A stretch of DNA of 64,000 nt, taken from an uncultured Sutterella sp. (GTDB taxonomy: Bacteria > Pseudomonadota > Gammaproteobacteria > Burkholderiales > Burkholderiaceae_F). A program made the translations under genes and the position numbers. The notes under the pieces are model-generated. The model was given only the letters and a program-made list of their open reading frames with translations. It was not told where the DNA came from and did no database searches. The first letter of the stretch is position 1; the number at the start of each line of letters is the position of its first letter. This document shows, in pieces, positions 56,194-64,000 of this stretch. The stretch lies in the NCBI GenBank assembly GCA_949282745.1, contig CASDQM010000042.1, positions 322 through 64,321 on the forward strand, given 5' to 3'.

Positions 56194-57096
56194 ATGCAGA
56201 TTCTCCAACCCATCGTTCACGAAACCGTTTGGGGCGGCGCCAAGCTCGCCGCGTTTGTCGAAACGGACTGCCGGAAAATCGGCCACCTTTACGGCGTCAT
56301 CGATACTCCGAAAATGCGCTCGAAGTTTCTCACGGGTCCCTACCTGGGAAGAACCATTCACGATTGGTTCATTGAAAACCGAGATCGTTACGGACTCGGA
56401 AATTTTGAGGAACTTCCCATTCTCACGGCGCTCGTCGAAGCGGCCGACAACCTGTCCATCCAGGTGCATCCGGACGATGAAGCCGCACGCGCGCTGGAAG
56501 GGAAACCGTTCGGCAAGAACGAATCCTTCTATTTGCTCGAGCCTCCGACGACCGGCCGAATGTTCAATGGCGTCAACGTTCAGACGGCCGATGAATTCCG
56601 CAGGCTGATCGAAGACGACCGGGCTCTCGAAGGTGTCGGCACCGTCGAGATCCATGCCGGCGACTACGTCTACGTCACGGGGGGCACGCTTCACGCCGCG
56701 GCCGCCGGTTCCCTTTCGTTTGAAATCGAAGAGAACTGCGACTCGACCTACCGTTTTTACGATTTCGATCGAGTCGACCAGAACGGAAACAAGCGTCCGC
56801 TTCAGGTCGAAAAGGCTCTTGCGTCGCTCAAGCCGGATCTCAAGTCCGCTGTTACTTCTTTTGAACCCAACACTCCACGGCGCGAACGCATGTACGAGCT
56901 CACGCTCGTCAAGTACAAGGACGCGTATGCATGCGAAGGGGACATGTTCGCCTTCATCGTTCTTTTGAGCGGTGAAACCGAGATTGACGGAATGCGCATC
57001 AAACCCGGCACGTCCGTTCTGATGGAACCCGGCGACGTGGTCGCCGTGAAAAATTGCACGGCGATGGTGACCAAACCCATTCCGTACGCATTCTGA
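56194..57096 (+). CDS. Class I phosphomannose-isomerase-like cupin (aldose/ketose phosphate isomerase)
   Basis: VWGG, LSIQVHPDD, KNESFY, GTLHA, EIEEN and TYRFYDFDR. Confidence 0.9.
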   Translation: MQILQPIVHETVWGGAKLAAFVETDCRKIGHLYGVIDTPKMRSKFLTGPYLGRTIHDWFIENRDRYGLGNFEELPILTALVEAADNLSIQVHPDDEAARALEGKPFGKNESFYLLEPPTTGRMFNGVNVQTADEFRRLIEDDRALEGVGTVEIHAGDYVYVTGGTLHAAAAGSLSFEIEENCDSTYRFYDFDRVDQNGNKRPLQVEKALASLKPDLKSAVTSFEPNTPRRERMYELTLVKYKDAYACEGDMFAFIVLLSGETEIDGMRIKPGTSVLMEPGDVVAVKNCTAMVTKPIPYAF

Positions 57097-57108
57097 GGTG
57101 TGTGAATC

Positions 57109-57750
57109 ATGAATCTTTCACCTTCGCTGATGTGCGCGGATCCCGGTCATTTTGCGGAAGAAATTGCTTTTCTCGAAGCCGCCGGCGCCGACAGTTTTCA
57201 CATTGACATCATGGACGGGGAGTTTGTTTCGAACTTTGCTCTTTCCTGGGCGGAGGTCTCGAAATTCTCCTCCATGACCACGCTCCCGTTGGAAGCGCAT
57301 CTGATGGTTCGGAATCTTTCCGTACACATCGGGTTTGCCGCTTCCAGCGGCGTAAAGCTCGTTTATCTGCACGCAGAACACCCTGACGTACTTCGCGGCC
57401 TGCAGCGCGCCCGCGTGCTGGGGTTGAAGGCGGGGCTTGCGGTCAATCCGGAAACGGACGTCGACACCCTTCGGCCTTTCGTCGACATGGTGGACGCCAT
57501 TCTCATGATGCGCGTTCGTCCGGGTTTCGCCGGACAGAGCGCCGTGTCGGACGTTGACGAACGGTTGCCTCTTCTGTGCTCTCTCTTCTCGAACACGCCG
57601 ATCATCGTCGACGGCGCCGTAACGCCTGACACCGTCGCGTCGATGAAGCGAAAGGGGGCCTCCGGATTCGTCCTCGGTACGTCGTCCCTGTTCGGGAAAA
57701 ACGAACCCTACCGCAAGATCATTCACAATCTCCGCACGCTAGCCTCGTAA
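57109..57750 (+). CDS. Ribulose-phosphate 3-epimerase family protein (AlsE/Rpe-like)
   Basis: SPSLMCAD, HIDIMDG, EAHLMV, PGFAGQ, VDG and VLGTSSLF. Confidence 0.9.
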   Translation: MNLSPSLMCADPGHFAEEIAFLEAAGADSFHIDIMDGEFVSNFALSWAEVSKFSSMTTLPLEAHLMVRNLSVHIGFAASSGVKLVYLHAEHPDVLRGLQRARVLGLKAGLAVNPETDVDTLRPFVDMVDAILMMRVRPGFAGQSAVSDVDERLPLLCSLFSNTPIIVDGAVTPDTVASMKRKGASGFVLGTSSLFGKNEPYRKIIHNLRTLAS

Positions 57751-57755
57751 CGACA

Positions 57756-60122
57756 ATGGCCGCTCCGATTTGGACCCGTTTTACGGAAAATTATTTCCGT
57801 TATCCCGTCAATTGCTCTCTCATGGATCAATTCAACCTGACGGCCGATGTTGTCCGTCAGGTCGAAGCTCTTTGCCGAGAAGACGCTTACAACATCGTCG
57901 CATACAAACATTTGGGCGATGTTTTCTATTTCTTAGGCGCAAAGGATGCGCTCGAAAAAACGTTCGGCGGGAAGGTGCACTACATCCTGTTGCCGCAACA
58001 CGAGTTTCTCGCGAAGCTTTGGGGCATCACTGACTACTCGACTTTTCCGCTCGATAAACTCGTCAAAAAAAACAAGGCTTTTGTCAGAGCATTCTTTGAC
58101 AACCGGGCACCGGATCCTTCCGTCTTGGATGCGGAACTTGACAATCTTTATCTTTTGCAGACATTCGGGAACATCCCGCGAAAGAAGAAGCCTTTCGTAT
58201 TGGAAAATCTTGTAAACAAGTTTTCTGAATACCCTTATTACTGGTGTTTTCGTTGGGCGCAGAGCGCCGGCGTGGAAGAGGAATTTCGTTTCACAGCTCC
58301 AAAAGGCGATGTTCCTCTTTCCTCTCACGCCGAAGAGGTTGTTGAAGAACTGGGAGGACTTGATCGCATCATCCTCCTCGCCCCCGAAGCGGCGACCGCG
58401 ACCGAGCTTCCGCCCGAATGGTGGGCTGTCCTCGCTCAAGCCCTCCAAAGCAAGGGCTACCAGCTGCTCGTGAACTCCAAACGCATTCGCATCCCGGGCT
58501 GTCAGTCTGCCTTCGACTTGGATTTGTCGCTCGAAGAAGTTGTTGCAATCGGACTTCGTTGCCGTGCCGTTTTCTCACTAAGAAGTGGTCTGGCGGACGT
58601 GTTGTTGCCCGCAGGACCTCGACTCTTTGTTTTCAATCCCGCGATGCTTCGACGGGAAAGGGGGAGTCTCGACTACCCTTTCGAAGAGCCGACCGGAGTG
58701 AACGAACTGCAGATCTACGGCTGGAACATTTCCGACTGTCGTTTTGAAGACATTGAGATCGGCGATCTACTTCGTCCGTATGTCAAGGCCTGCCGATGGA
58801 AGTTCTACAAGGAACTCTGCTTGAGTCTCTTTCATCATCGTAAAGGTCATCGATTCTGGTACAACGTTTTTCGCGACATTGCCGGTTGGCCCAAGCGGTT
58901 TCCCGACAACAACATCATGAATCCTCCCCCCAAGGAAAAGGAAATGGCACTGGGTCCTCTGTCCGTCTACCACAAGCGCCTGTACAGAAGGAACAACGAC
59001 TTTGTCCTGGAACGCAGTTTTCTCAACGGATTCCTCAAGACGCAACGGCGCGAGGCGGGGAGAAAACTCAAGTTGCTGGGCATTCCGGTCCTCAGCATCA
59101 AGGACAGGGAAAGCAGAACCGTAAGATTTCTCGGGGTACCCGTTTACCGCAAAAGTCGTGCGGAAGAGTTTCGCCGATATTTGTCGAAGCAGATCGCAAT
59201 CGCTTCGGAAGAAGCGTACGGAAAAGGCGAGGTTGCGGATCACGTATTCATCGTCCGCCACAACCTCGGCGAGACGACGCTGTACCTGGCGGAATTTGAG
59301 CGCTGGGCCGAGCAAGTAGGAGCCAAACGTCCGCTCCTCATCGTGTGGCGCCGTCGAGATCTTTCCTTCGTGAAGCTCTTCCTCAACGGAAAACCCTTTG
59401 TGAAGTTCATTCCGATTGCGCAAAGCGACATCAATTGCTTCCTCAAGGAGGAAGTGCAGGAAATCGACGGCATCACGATCCACGCGCCCACGCCCGAAAT
59501 CGCGGAGGCAATGAAGGAAGCCGCGTCGACACAACCTGACGTCAACTTTGCTGACTGGATTCTGCGGAGCATGTCGCTGAAGGAATGGGGGAATCCCAAT
59601 CGACCCGTTCCGACCACCGTCGCGCATAAACGCGCGGCGTGGTTGCTCAATCATGCGGGAGTGAAGAGACCCTTTGTTTTGCTTTGCCCGGAAGCAATCA
59701 GTCTCAAAACAGTGTCCGACGCGTTTTGGTGCGACTTGGCCGAGCATTTCTCCGAAGCGGGGTATGACGTGCTTGTGAATCGATATGCACCGCAGGGGAG
59801 CAGTTCGCTTTTGGAGAGTTTCCCCTCCTGCTCGCCCGACGTGGAAGTGCTTTTCGCCTCGGCTCAAAAGGCGGAACGAATCGTCTCGATGGCTAGCGGC
59901 CTGGGCGTTTTGCTTTCACTCACGGGCAAGCCGGTGGACCTTCTTTATTCCGACGTTCGAAATCGACACATCGGCTACTCGGGAGACATTTGCCGGCGAA
60001 TGTATTCCGTTCACCACATGCCTTGGCCCGAAGTGCGACAAGTCCGCGAACACACCGCCGACAACCTTCAGGCAGTTTTGATCGACATTCAAAATCGAAA
60101 CATTGCGCATACGTCTCAATGA
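57756..60122 (+). CDS. Putative bifunctional glycosyltransferase with two tandem GT9 (heptosyltransferase)-like GT-B modules
   Basis: Internal duplication: KHLGD...LLAPEA...WWAVLAQAL..KGYQLLVN...VFSLRSGLADVL versus HNLGE...LLCPEA...FWCDLAEHF..AGYDVLVN...IVSMASGLGVLL. Linker has LLGIPV/FLGVPV motifs. Confidence 0.6.
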   Translation: MAAPIWTRFTENYFRYPVNCSLMDQFNLTADVVRQVEALCREDAYNIVAYKHLGDVFYFLGAKDALEKTFGGKVHYILLPQHEFLAKLWGITDYSTFPLDKLVKKNKAFVRAFFDNRAPDPSVLDAELDNLYLLQTFGNIPRKKKPFVLENLVNKFSEYPYYWCFRWAQSAGVEEEFRFTAPKGDVPLSSHAEEVVEELGGLDRIILLAPEAATATELPPEWWAVLAQALQSKGYQLLVNSKRIRIPGCQSAFDLDLSLEEVVAIGLRCRAVFSLRSGLADVLLPAGPRLFVFNPAMLRRERGSLDYPFEEPTGVNELQIYGWNISDCRFEDIEIGDLLRPYVKACRWKFYKELCLSLFHHRKGHRFWYNVFRDIAGWPKRFPDNNIMNPPPKEKEMALGPLSVYHKRLYRRNNDFVLERSFLNGFLKTQRREAGRKLKLLGIPVLSIKDRESRTVRFLGVPVYRKSRAEEFRRYLSKQIAIASEEAYGKGEVADHVFIVRHNLGETTLYLAEFERWAEQVGAKRPLLIVWRRRDLSFVKLFLNGKPFVKFIPIAQSDINCFLKEEVQEIDGITIHAPTPEIAEAMKEAASTQPDVNFADWILRSMSLKEWGNPNRPVPTTVAHKRAAWLLNHAGVKRPFVLLCPEAISLKTVSDAFWCDLAEHFSEAGYDVLVNRYAPQGSSSLLESFPSCSPDVEVLFASAQKAERIVSMASGLGVLLSLTGKPVDLLYSDVRNRHIGYSGDICRRMYSVHHMPWPEVRQVREHTADNLQAVLIDIQNRNIAHTSQ

Positions 60123-61864
60123 TTTCCATTTCCTCTCTTTCTGTGTTTCCGCCCGCGCTCGGGCGCCTCGCGCGATATCTGGTACCGCACAAGAGGAAAC
60201 TCTTCTTGGCGGTTGTCTTCATGCTTCTCGCAGCGGCTGCATCGTCTCTCATCGCCCTGCTTCTTGGGAAACTTACGGATTCGGGTTTCTATGACGCGGA
60301 TCCACGGATGGTTCTAGCTGCGCCTGTCGGCCTCATCGTAATTGCCGGCGTGAACGGACTGAGCATGCTCATGAGCAACTATTGCCTCGGCAAGATCAGT
60401 CAGTCGGTGATGATGACCCTGCGCCGCGAGCTCTTCTCGCGGGTTCTGCGTTGGCCTGCCATGACCTACCAGAACAACCCCACCGGTCTCATTGCGTCGA
60501 AGTTCATCAACGAGGCGAATTTCGCACTCTCGAGCGCGGCAAAGTCGGCCATCATCCTCGTTCGCGACTCCGTCCAAACCGTTGCGCTCTTCGTCATCAT
60601 GATCTGGCACAACTGGTTTCTGGCCGTTGCGGCGATTTGCCTTGGTCCCGTCATCGCCAAACTCCTGCGTTGGATTTCGCAGAAGATCAGGTCGGTGATG
60701 TTCTCTAGTCAGCAGAACGTCGCCACGCTCATCACGCGTGTTAAGGAGACCTACGAAGCCGAACGGCTCATCAAGATTTCCGGCACGTATGACAGCGAGA
60801 AGCGGCGGTTCCGTGAGGTGAACGAGCAGATTGCCGACCTGGCGATCCGCATCAACAAGATCTCTTCAATCGGTACGCCTGCAACGCAACTGATCGGAAT
60901 GACGGGGGTGGCGATCGTGCTCGCCATTGCACTGTGGCAGACGCAGCGGGGCATGATCACGCTCGGCGAGTTCGTGACGTTCCTTGCCGCGATGCTTCTC
61001 GTGCTGCAGCCGCTTAAGCGCCTTGCCGGCGTCAACACGGCAATTGCCGGGATGTCGGTCGCGGCCGAAAGCATCTTTCAGACGCTCGACGAGCCGCTCG
61101 AGGCCGATGAGGGGACGATCGAGCTTGAGAACGTCAGGGGCGTCGTCTCGTTCGAGCACGTTTCGCTTCGCTATCCGAACGCGGATCGCGATGCCGTAAG
61201 CGACTTCAACCTTGACGTAAAACCCGGCGAAAGCATCGCGTTGGTCGGCCTTTCCGGCTCCGGGAAGACCTCCGTCGTGAGCATGCTTGCGCGCTTTTGG
61301 AATCCTACTTCAGGCCGCATCCTCATCGACGGCGTGGATGCGCAGAACGTGACGCTTTCTTCGCTGCGCAGACAGATCGCGAGCGTTTCTCAGGACGTCG
61401 TGCTCTTTGACGGAACCATTCGGGAAAACATCGCGTACGCCATGCCGGACGTTTCTGAGGATGCTCTTGCAGAAGTCGTTGATGCGGCAGCCCTTAAGGA
61501 CTTCATCGCTTCGCTCCCTCAAGGACTCGACACCCCGGTGGGTGAGGCAGGCAGTCGTCTCTCGGGAGGTCAGAAACAGCGCATTTCCATCGCGCGCGCC
61601 CTTCTGCGCAACACCCCGATCCTGATCCTCGACGAGGCTACGAGCGCACTCGACAGCGAATCGGAAGCGGCCGTAAAGTCGGCGCTCGACCGCCTGATGG
61701 CAGGCCGAACGACTTTCATCGTCGCGCACCGCCTCTCCACGATCCGTAACGCGTCCCGCATCGTCGTCATGAGTGACGGCGTCATTCAGGAAATCGGCAC
61801 GCACGAAGCCCTGCTCGAAAAGGGCGGCGCCTACGCCAATCTCTCAAAACTTCAGTCGCTTTGA
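60119..61864 (+). CDS. msbA: MsbA-like ABC exporter (TMD-NBD half transporter), copy 1; start re-called at the ATGA overlap
   Basis: TM domain, GLSGSGKT, LSGGQKQR, ILILDEATSALD and AHRLSTI. Confidence 0.85.
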   Translation: MISISSLSVFPPALGRLARYLVPHKRKLFLAVVFMLLAAAASSLIALLLGKLTDSGFYDADPRMVLAAPVGLIVIAGVNGLSMLMSNYCLGKISQSVMMTLRRELFSRVLRWPAMTYQNNPTGLIASKFINEANFALSSAAKSAIILVRDSVQTVALFVIMIWHNWFLAVAAICLGPVIAKLLRWISQKIRSVMFSSQQNVATLITRVKETYEAERLIKISGTYDSEKRRFREVNEQIADLAIRINKISSIGTPATQLIGMTGVAIVLAIALWQTQRGMITLGEFVTFLAAMLLVLQPLKRLAGVNTAIAGMSVAAESIFQTLDEPLEADEGTIELENVRGVVSFEHVSLRYPNADRDAVSDFNLDVKPGESIALVGLSGSGKTSVVSMLARFWNPTSGRILIDGVDAQNVTLSSLRRQIASVSQDVVLFDGTIRENIAYAMPDVSEDALAEVVDAAALKDFIASLPQGLDTPVGEAGSRLSGGQKQRISIARALLRNTPILILDEATSALDSESEAAVKSALDRLMAGRTTFIVAHRLSTIRNASRIVVMSDGVIQEIGTHEALLEKGGAYANLSKLQSL

Positions 61865-61892
61865 CGGTCGACCGTCAGAAAGGAGTTCTCCG

Positions 61893-63659
61893 TTGAACCG
61901 ACTATTCAATCACTTTGATCCGAACCTGATTCGGATTTACCGCTATCTGTTGCCGCACAAGTGGCGCATCGCTTTCGGCGCCGTCTTCATGGCGGGAGCC
62001 GCGAGCATGTCGTCGCTTACCGCAACGCTTCTGGGAAAGCTCACCGATCTCGGCTTCTATCAGCGGGAGCCGTGGGTGATCGCGGCCGCTCCGGCCGCTT
62101 TGATCGGCGTAACGCTTTTATTTGGCGTTTGCACCGTGGCGTCGTCCTGGATCATGGCGAAAGTGAGCCAGGCCGTGCTTATTACCCTTCGCACGGAACT
62201 TTACGACCGGATCATGACGTGGCCGGCAGAGCGCTATCAAAACAACCCGACGGGCGCCATCTGCTCGAAATTTGTCAATGAAGCAAACGTTGCGCTCTCC
62301 GGAGCGACGAGTTCCTTGATCGTTCTGATTCGTGATTCTCTGCAGATCGTCGCGCTCCTCTGCCTTCTTTTCTGGCAGAACTGGAAGCTTACGCTTGTTG
62401 CATTCGTGGTCGGTCCTCTCATCGTCATTACGCTCAAGATGATCGCCAGGCGCATCCGAGTAATCGTGAAGAAGAGTCAGGAAACGGTCGGTCTCATGCT
62501 CTCGCGCGTCCAGGAAGCTTACGAGGCACAGCGCGTCGTGAAGGTTACGGGAAGTTATGCCTTTGAAGAAGCCCGCTTTGAAGAGGTCAACAAGACCATT
62601 CGCCGTACGGCGCTCGACCGAATCAAGATGGAGAGCCTTGCAACTCCCATCACGCAGATGATCACGATGCTCGGCATCGCGTTTGTCGTCGGGGCGGCCT
62701 TGTACGAAGCGCAGGCAGGTCTGCTCACGATCGGTGAATTCATCACTTTTCTCGCAGCACTGCTGCTTCTCAAGCCTGCGTTGCAGCATCTGACCGGTCT
62801 TAACGGCACCTTCGCAAGCATTTCGACTGCTGCGCGCAGTCTATTTGAGGTGCTCGACGCCGAACGGGAAGTCGACAACGGGACCGTGGAAATCGAAAGA
62901 GCCCGAGGCGAAATCGTTTTTGACAACGTATCTCTTACGTATCCCGGGCAGAACGAACCGAGTCTGCGCGGCATCAATCTGACGATTCATGCGGGCGAAC
63001 ACATCGCTCTCGTCGGTCCGTCCGGGTCGGGAAAGACCTCGTTCGTCAACCTGCTGCCCCGCTTCTGGGAGCCCACGGAAGGGGAGATTCGATTGGACGG
63101 CGTGGCGCTCAACGACATCAAACTTGAAAGTCTCCGCCGGCAGATTGCGGTTGTGTCTCAGGACATCTTCCTCTTCGACGATACGATTCGGGGCAACATC
63201 GCATACGGTCTGCCGCATGCCACGGAAGAAGACGTAGCCCGCGCCGTGAAGGCGGCGGCGCTCGATGAATTCGTGGCGACGCTCCCCGAAGGACTCGATA
63301 CGCGCGTGGGAGAAGGAGGCTCGTTGCTTTCCGGCGGTCAAAAACAACGTGTATCCATTGCACGGGCCTTCCTGAAGGACGCGCCAATTCTGATCCTTGA
63401 CGAAGCGACCAGCGCGCTCGACAGCAAAAACGAAATGCTCATCAGGACCGCACTGGAAGAACTCTCGAACGGGCGCACCTGCATCACGATCGCGCACCGT
63501 TTCTCCAACATCGCCAAGGTCGATCGAATCGTCGTGATGGAAAAGGGAACCGTCGTGGAAGAGGGGATGCAGGATGAACTTTTGGCAAGAGACGGGCTTT
63601 ACGCAAAACTCCATCGACTGCAACAAAACGAACCCTCTGACCGCAAAGGAGACGAGTGA
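61893..63659 (+). CDS. msbA: MsbA-like ABC exporter, copy 2; start re-called at TTG after AGGAG
   Basis: GPSGSGKT, LSGGQKQR, ILILDEATSALD and AHRF. Clearly paralogous to copy 1 (SKFINEAN / SKFVNEAN). Confidence 0.85.
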   Translation: MNRLFNHFDPNLIRIYRYLLPHKWRIAFGAVFMAGAASMSSLTATLLGKLTDLGFYQREPWVIAAAPAALIGVTLLFGVCTVASSWIMAKVSQAVLITLRTELYDRIMTWPAERYQNNPTGAICSKFVNEANVALSGATSSLIVLIRDSLQIVALLCLLFWQNWKLTLVAFVVGPLIVITLKMIARRIRVIVKKSQETVGLMLSRVQEAYEAQRVVKVTGSYAFEEARFEEVNKTIRRTALDRIKMESLATPITQMITMLGIAFVVGAALYEAQAGLLTIGEFITFLAALLLLKPALQHLTGLNGTFASISTAARSLFEVLDAEREVDNGTVEIERARGEIVFDNVSLTYPGQNEPSLRGINLTIHAGEHIALVGPSGSGKTSFVNLLPRFWEPTEGEIRLDGVALNDIKLESLRRQIAVVSQDIFLFDDTIRGNIAYGLPHATEEDVARAVKAAALDEFVATLPEGLDTRVGEGGSLLSGGQKQRVSIARAFLKDAPILILDEATSALDSKNEMLIRTALEELSNGRTCITIAHRFSNIAKVDRIVVMEKGTVVEEGMQDELLARDGLYAKLHRLQQNEPSDRKGDE

Positions 63660-63660
63660 C

Positions 63661-64000
63661 ATGAAACTTATTTTCCCTGTCATGAGGGTCCCGTCATTCC
63701 TCCTCGGCGCCGTCGTTATCGGCTTTATGGGGACGGCTGTCGCTCAGGCGTCCGGCTCGACGACTGCCGAAGAGACGTCCGGCTTCTCACTGCCGCCGCT
63801 CACAGCCGTCGATGCCTCCAAGCGCGGAGAATGGGAGCGACTCGGCGAAGAAGCCGATCGCCTGCTTTCCGATCGCTCCTTTGTGGAGAATTGGCGGGCT
63901 CAAGCGTCGTTTCGCACACCCGCCGGAGCCCGCCGGGCACTGGCCGAGGCGGATGATCGCCTGAAGGAAATCGATCACGCCGTTCAAAAGAAGTCCGGCG
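63661..64000 (+). CDS. Secreted hypothetical protein, partial (runs off the window end)
   Basis: RBS aaggag. Manual translation MKLIFPVMRVPSFLLGAVVIGFMGTAVAQASG... is open to 64000 and looks like a signal peptide. Confidence 0.65.
   Translation, partial: MKLIFPVMRVPSFLLGAVVIGFMGTAVAQASGSTTAEETSGFSLPPLTAVDASKRGEWERLGEEADRLLSDRSFVENWRAQASFRTPAGARRALAEADDRLKEIDHAVQKKSG

Overview
GC-rich bacterial chromosome segment. The rpsB/tsf/lpxAB-rnhB-trmH genes, several exported flavin/molybdopterin reductases and a Crp/Fnr regulator suggest an anaerobic gut betaproteobacterium such as Sutterellaceae; this is an inference, and no database was searched. Left to right: (1) the left part of an IS200/IS605 element, with divergent tnpB (partial) and tnpA, and a readable left-end hairpin and TCAG target; (2) a DSD1-like PLP enzyme, two divergent flavocytochrome-c-family reductases (one frameshifted), a Crp/Fnr regulator and a TonB-dependent receptor with two Fur-like boxes; (3) housekeeping genes pepT, map, a DASS transporter, rpsB, tsf, an aldo-keto reductase, lpxA, lpxB, rnhB, a TrmH methylase and an Fe-ADH; (4) dmsAB-like genes with no dmsC; (5) a ~24 kb, 13-gene, same-strand, tightly coupled operon for phosphoethanolamine-cellulose synthesis. 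Its order is bcsR-like/bcsQ fusion, bcsA, B, Z, C, an EAL protein, an orphan amino-acid-binding protein, a GGDEF cyclase, bcsE, F, G, a large EAL protein and a CheB-CheR-PAS fusion; (6) a divergent tandem-HTH gene and a lower-GC surface-glycan locus. That locus has a four-gene cassette that looks like a complete route to an unusual NDP-sugar, a tandem GT9-like protein and two tandem MsbA-like ABC transporters. The best candidates for undescribed systems are the cellulose operon with built-in c-di-GMP and methylation signalling, and the NDP-sugar cassette. No rRNA, tRNA or CRISPR array was seen.
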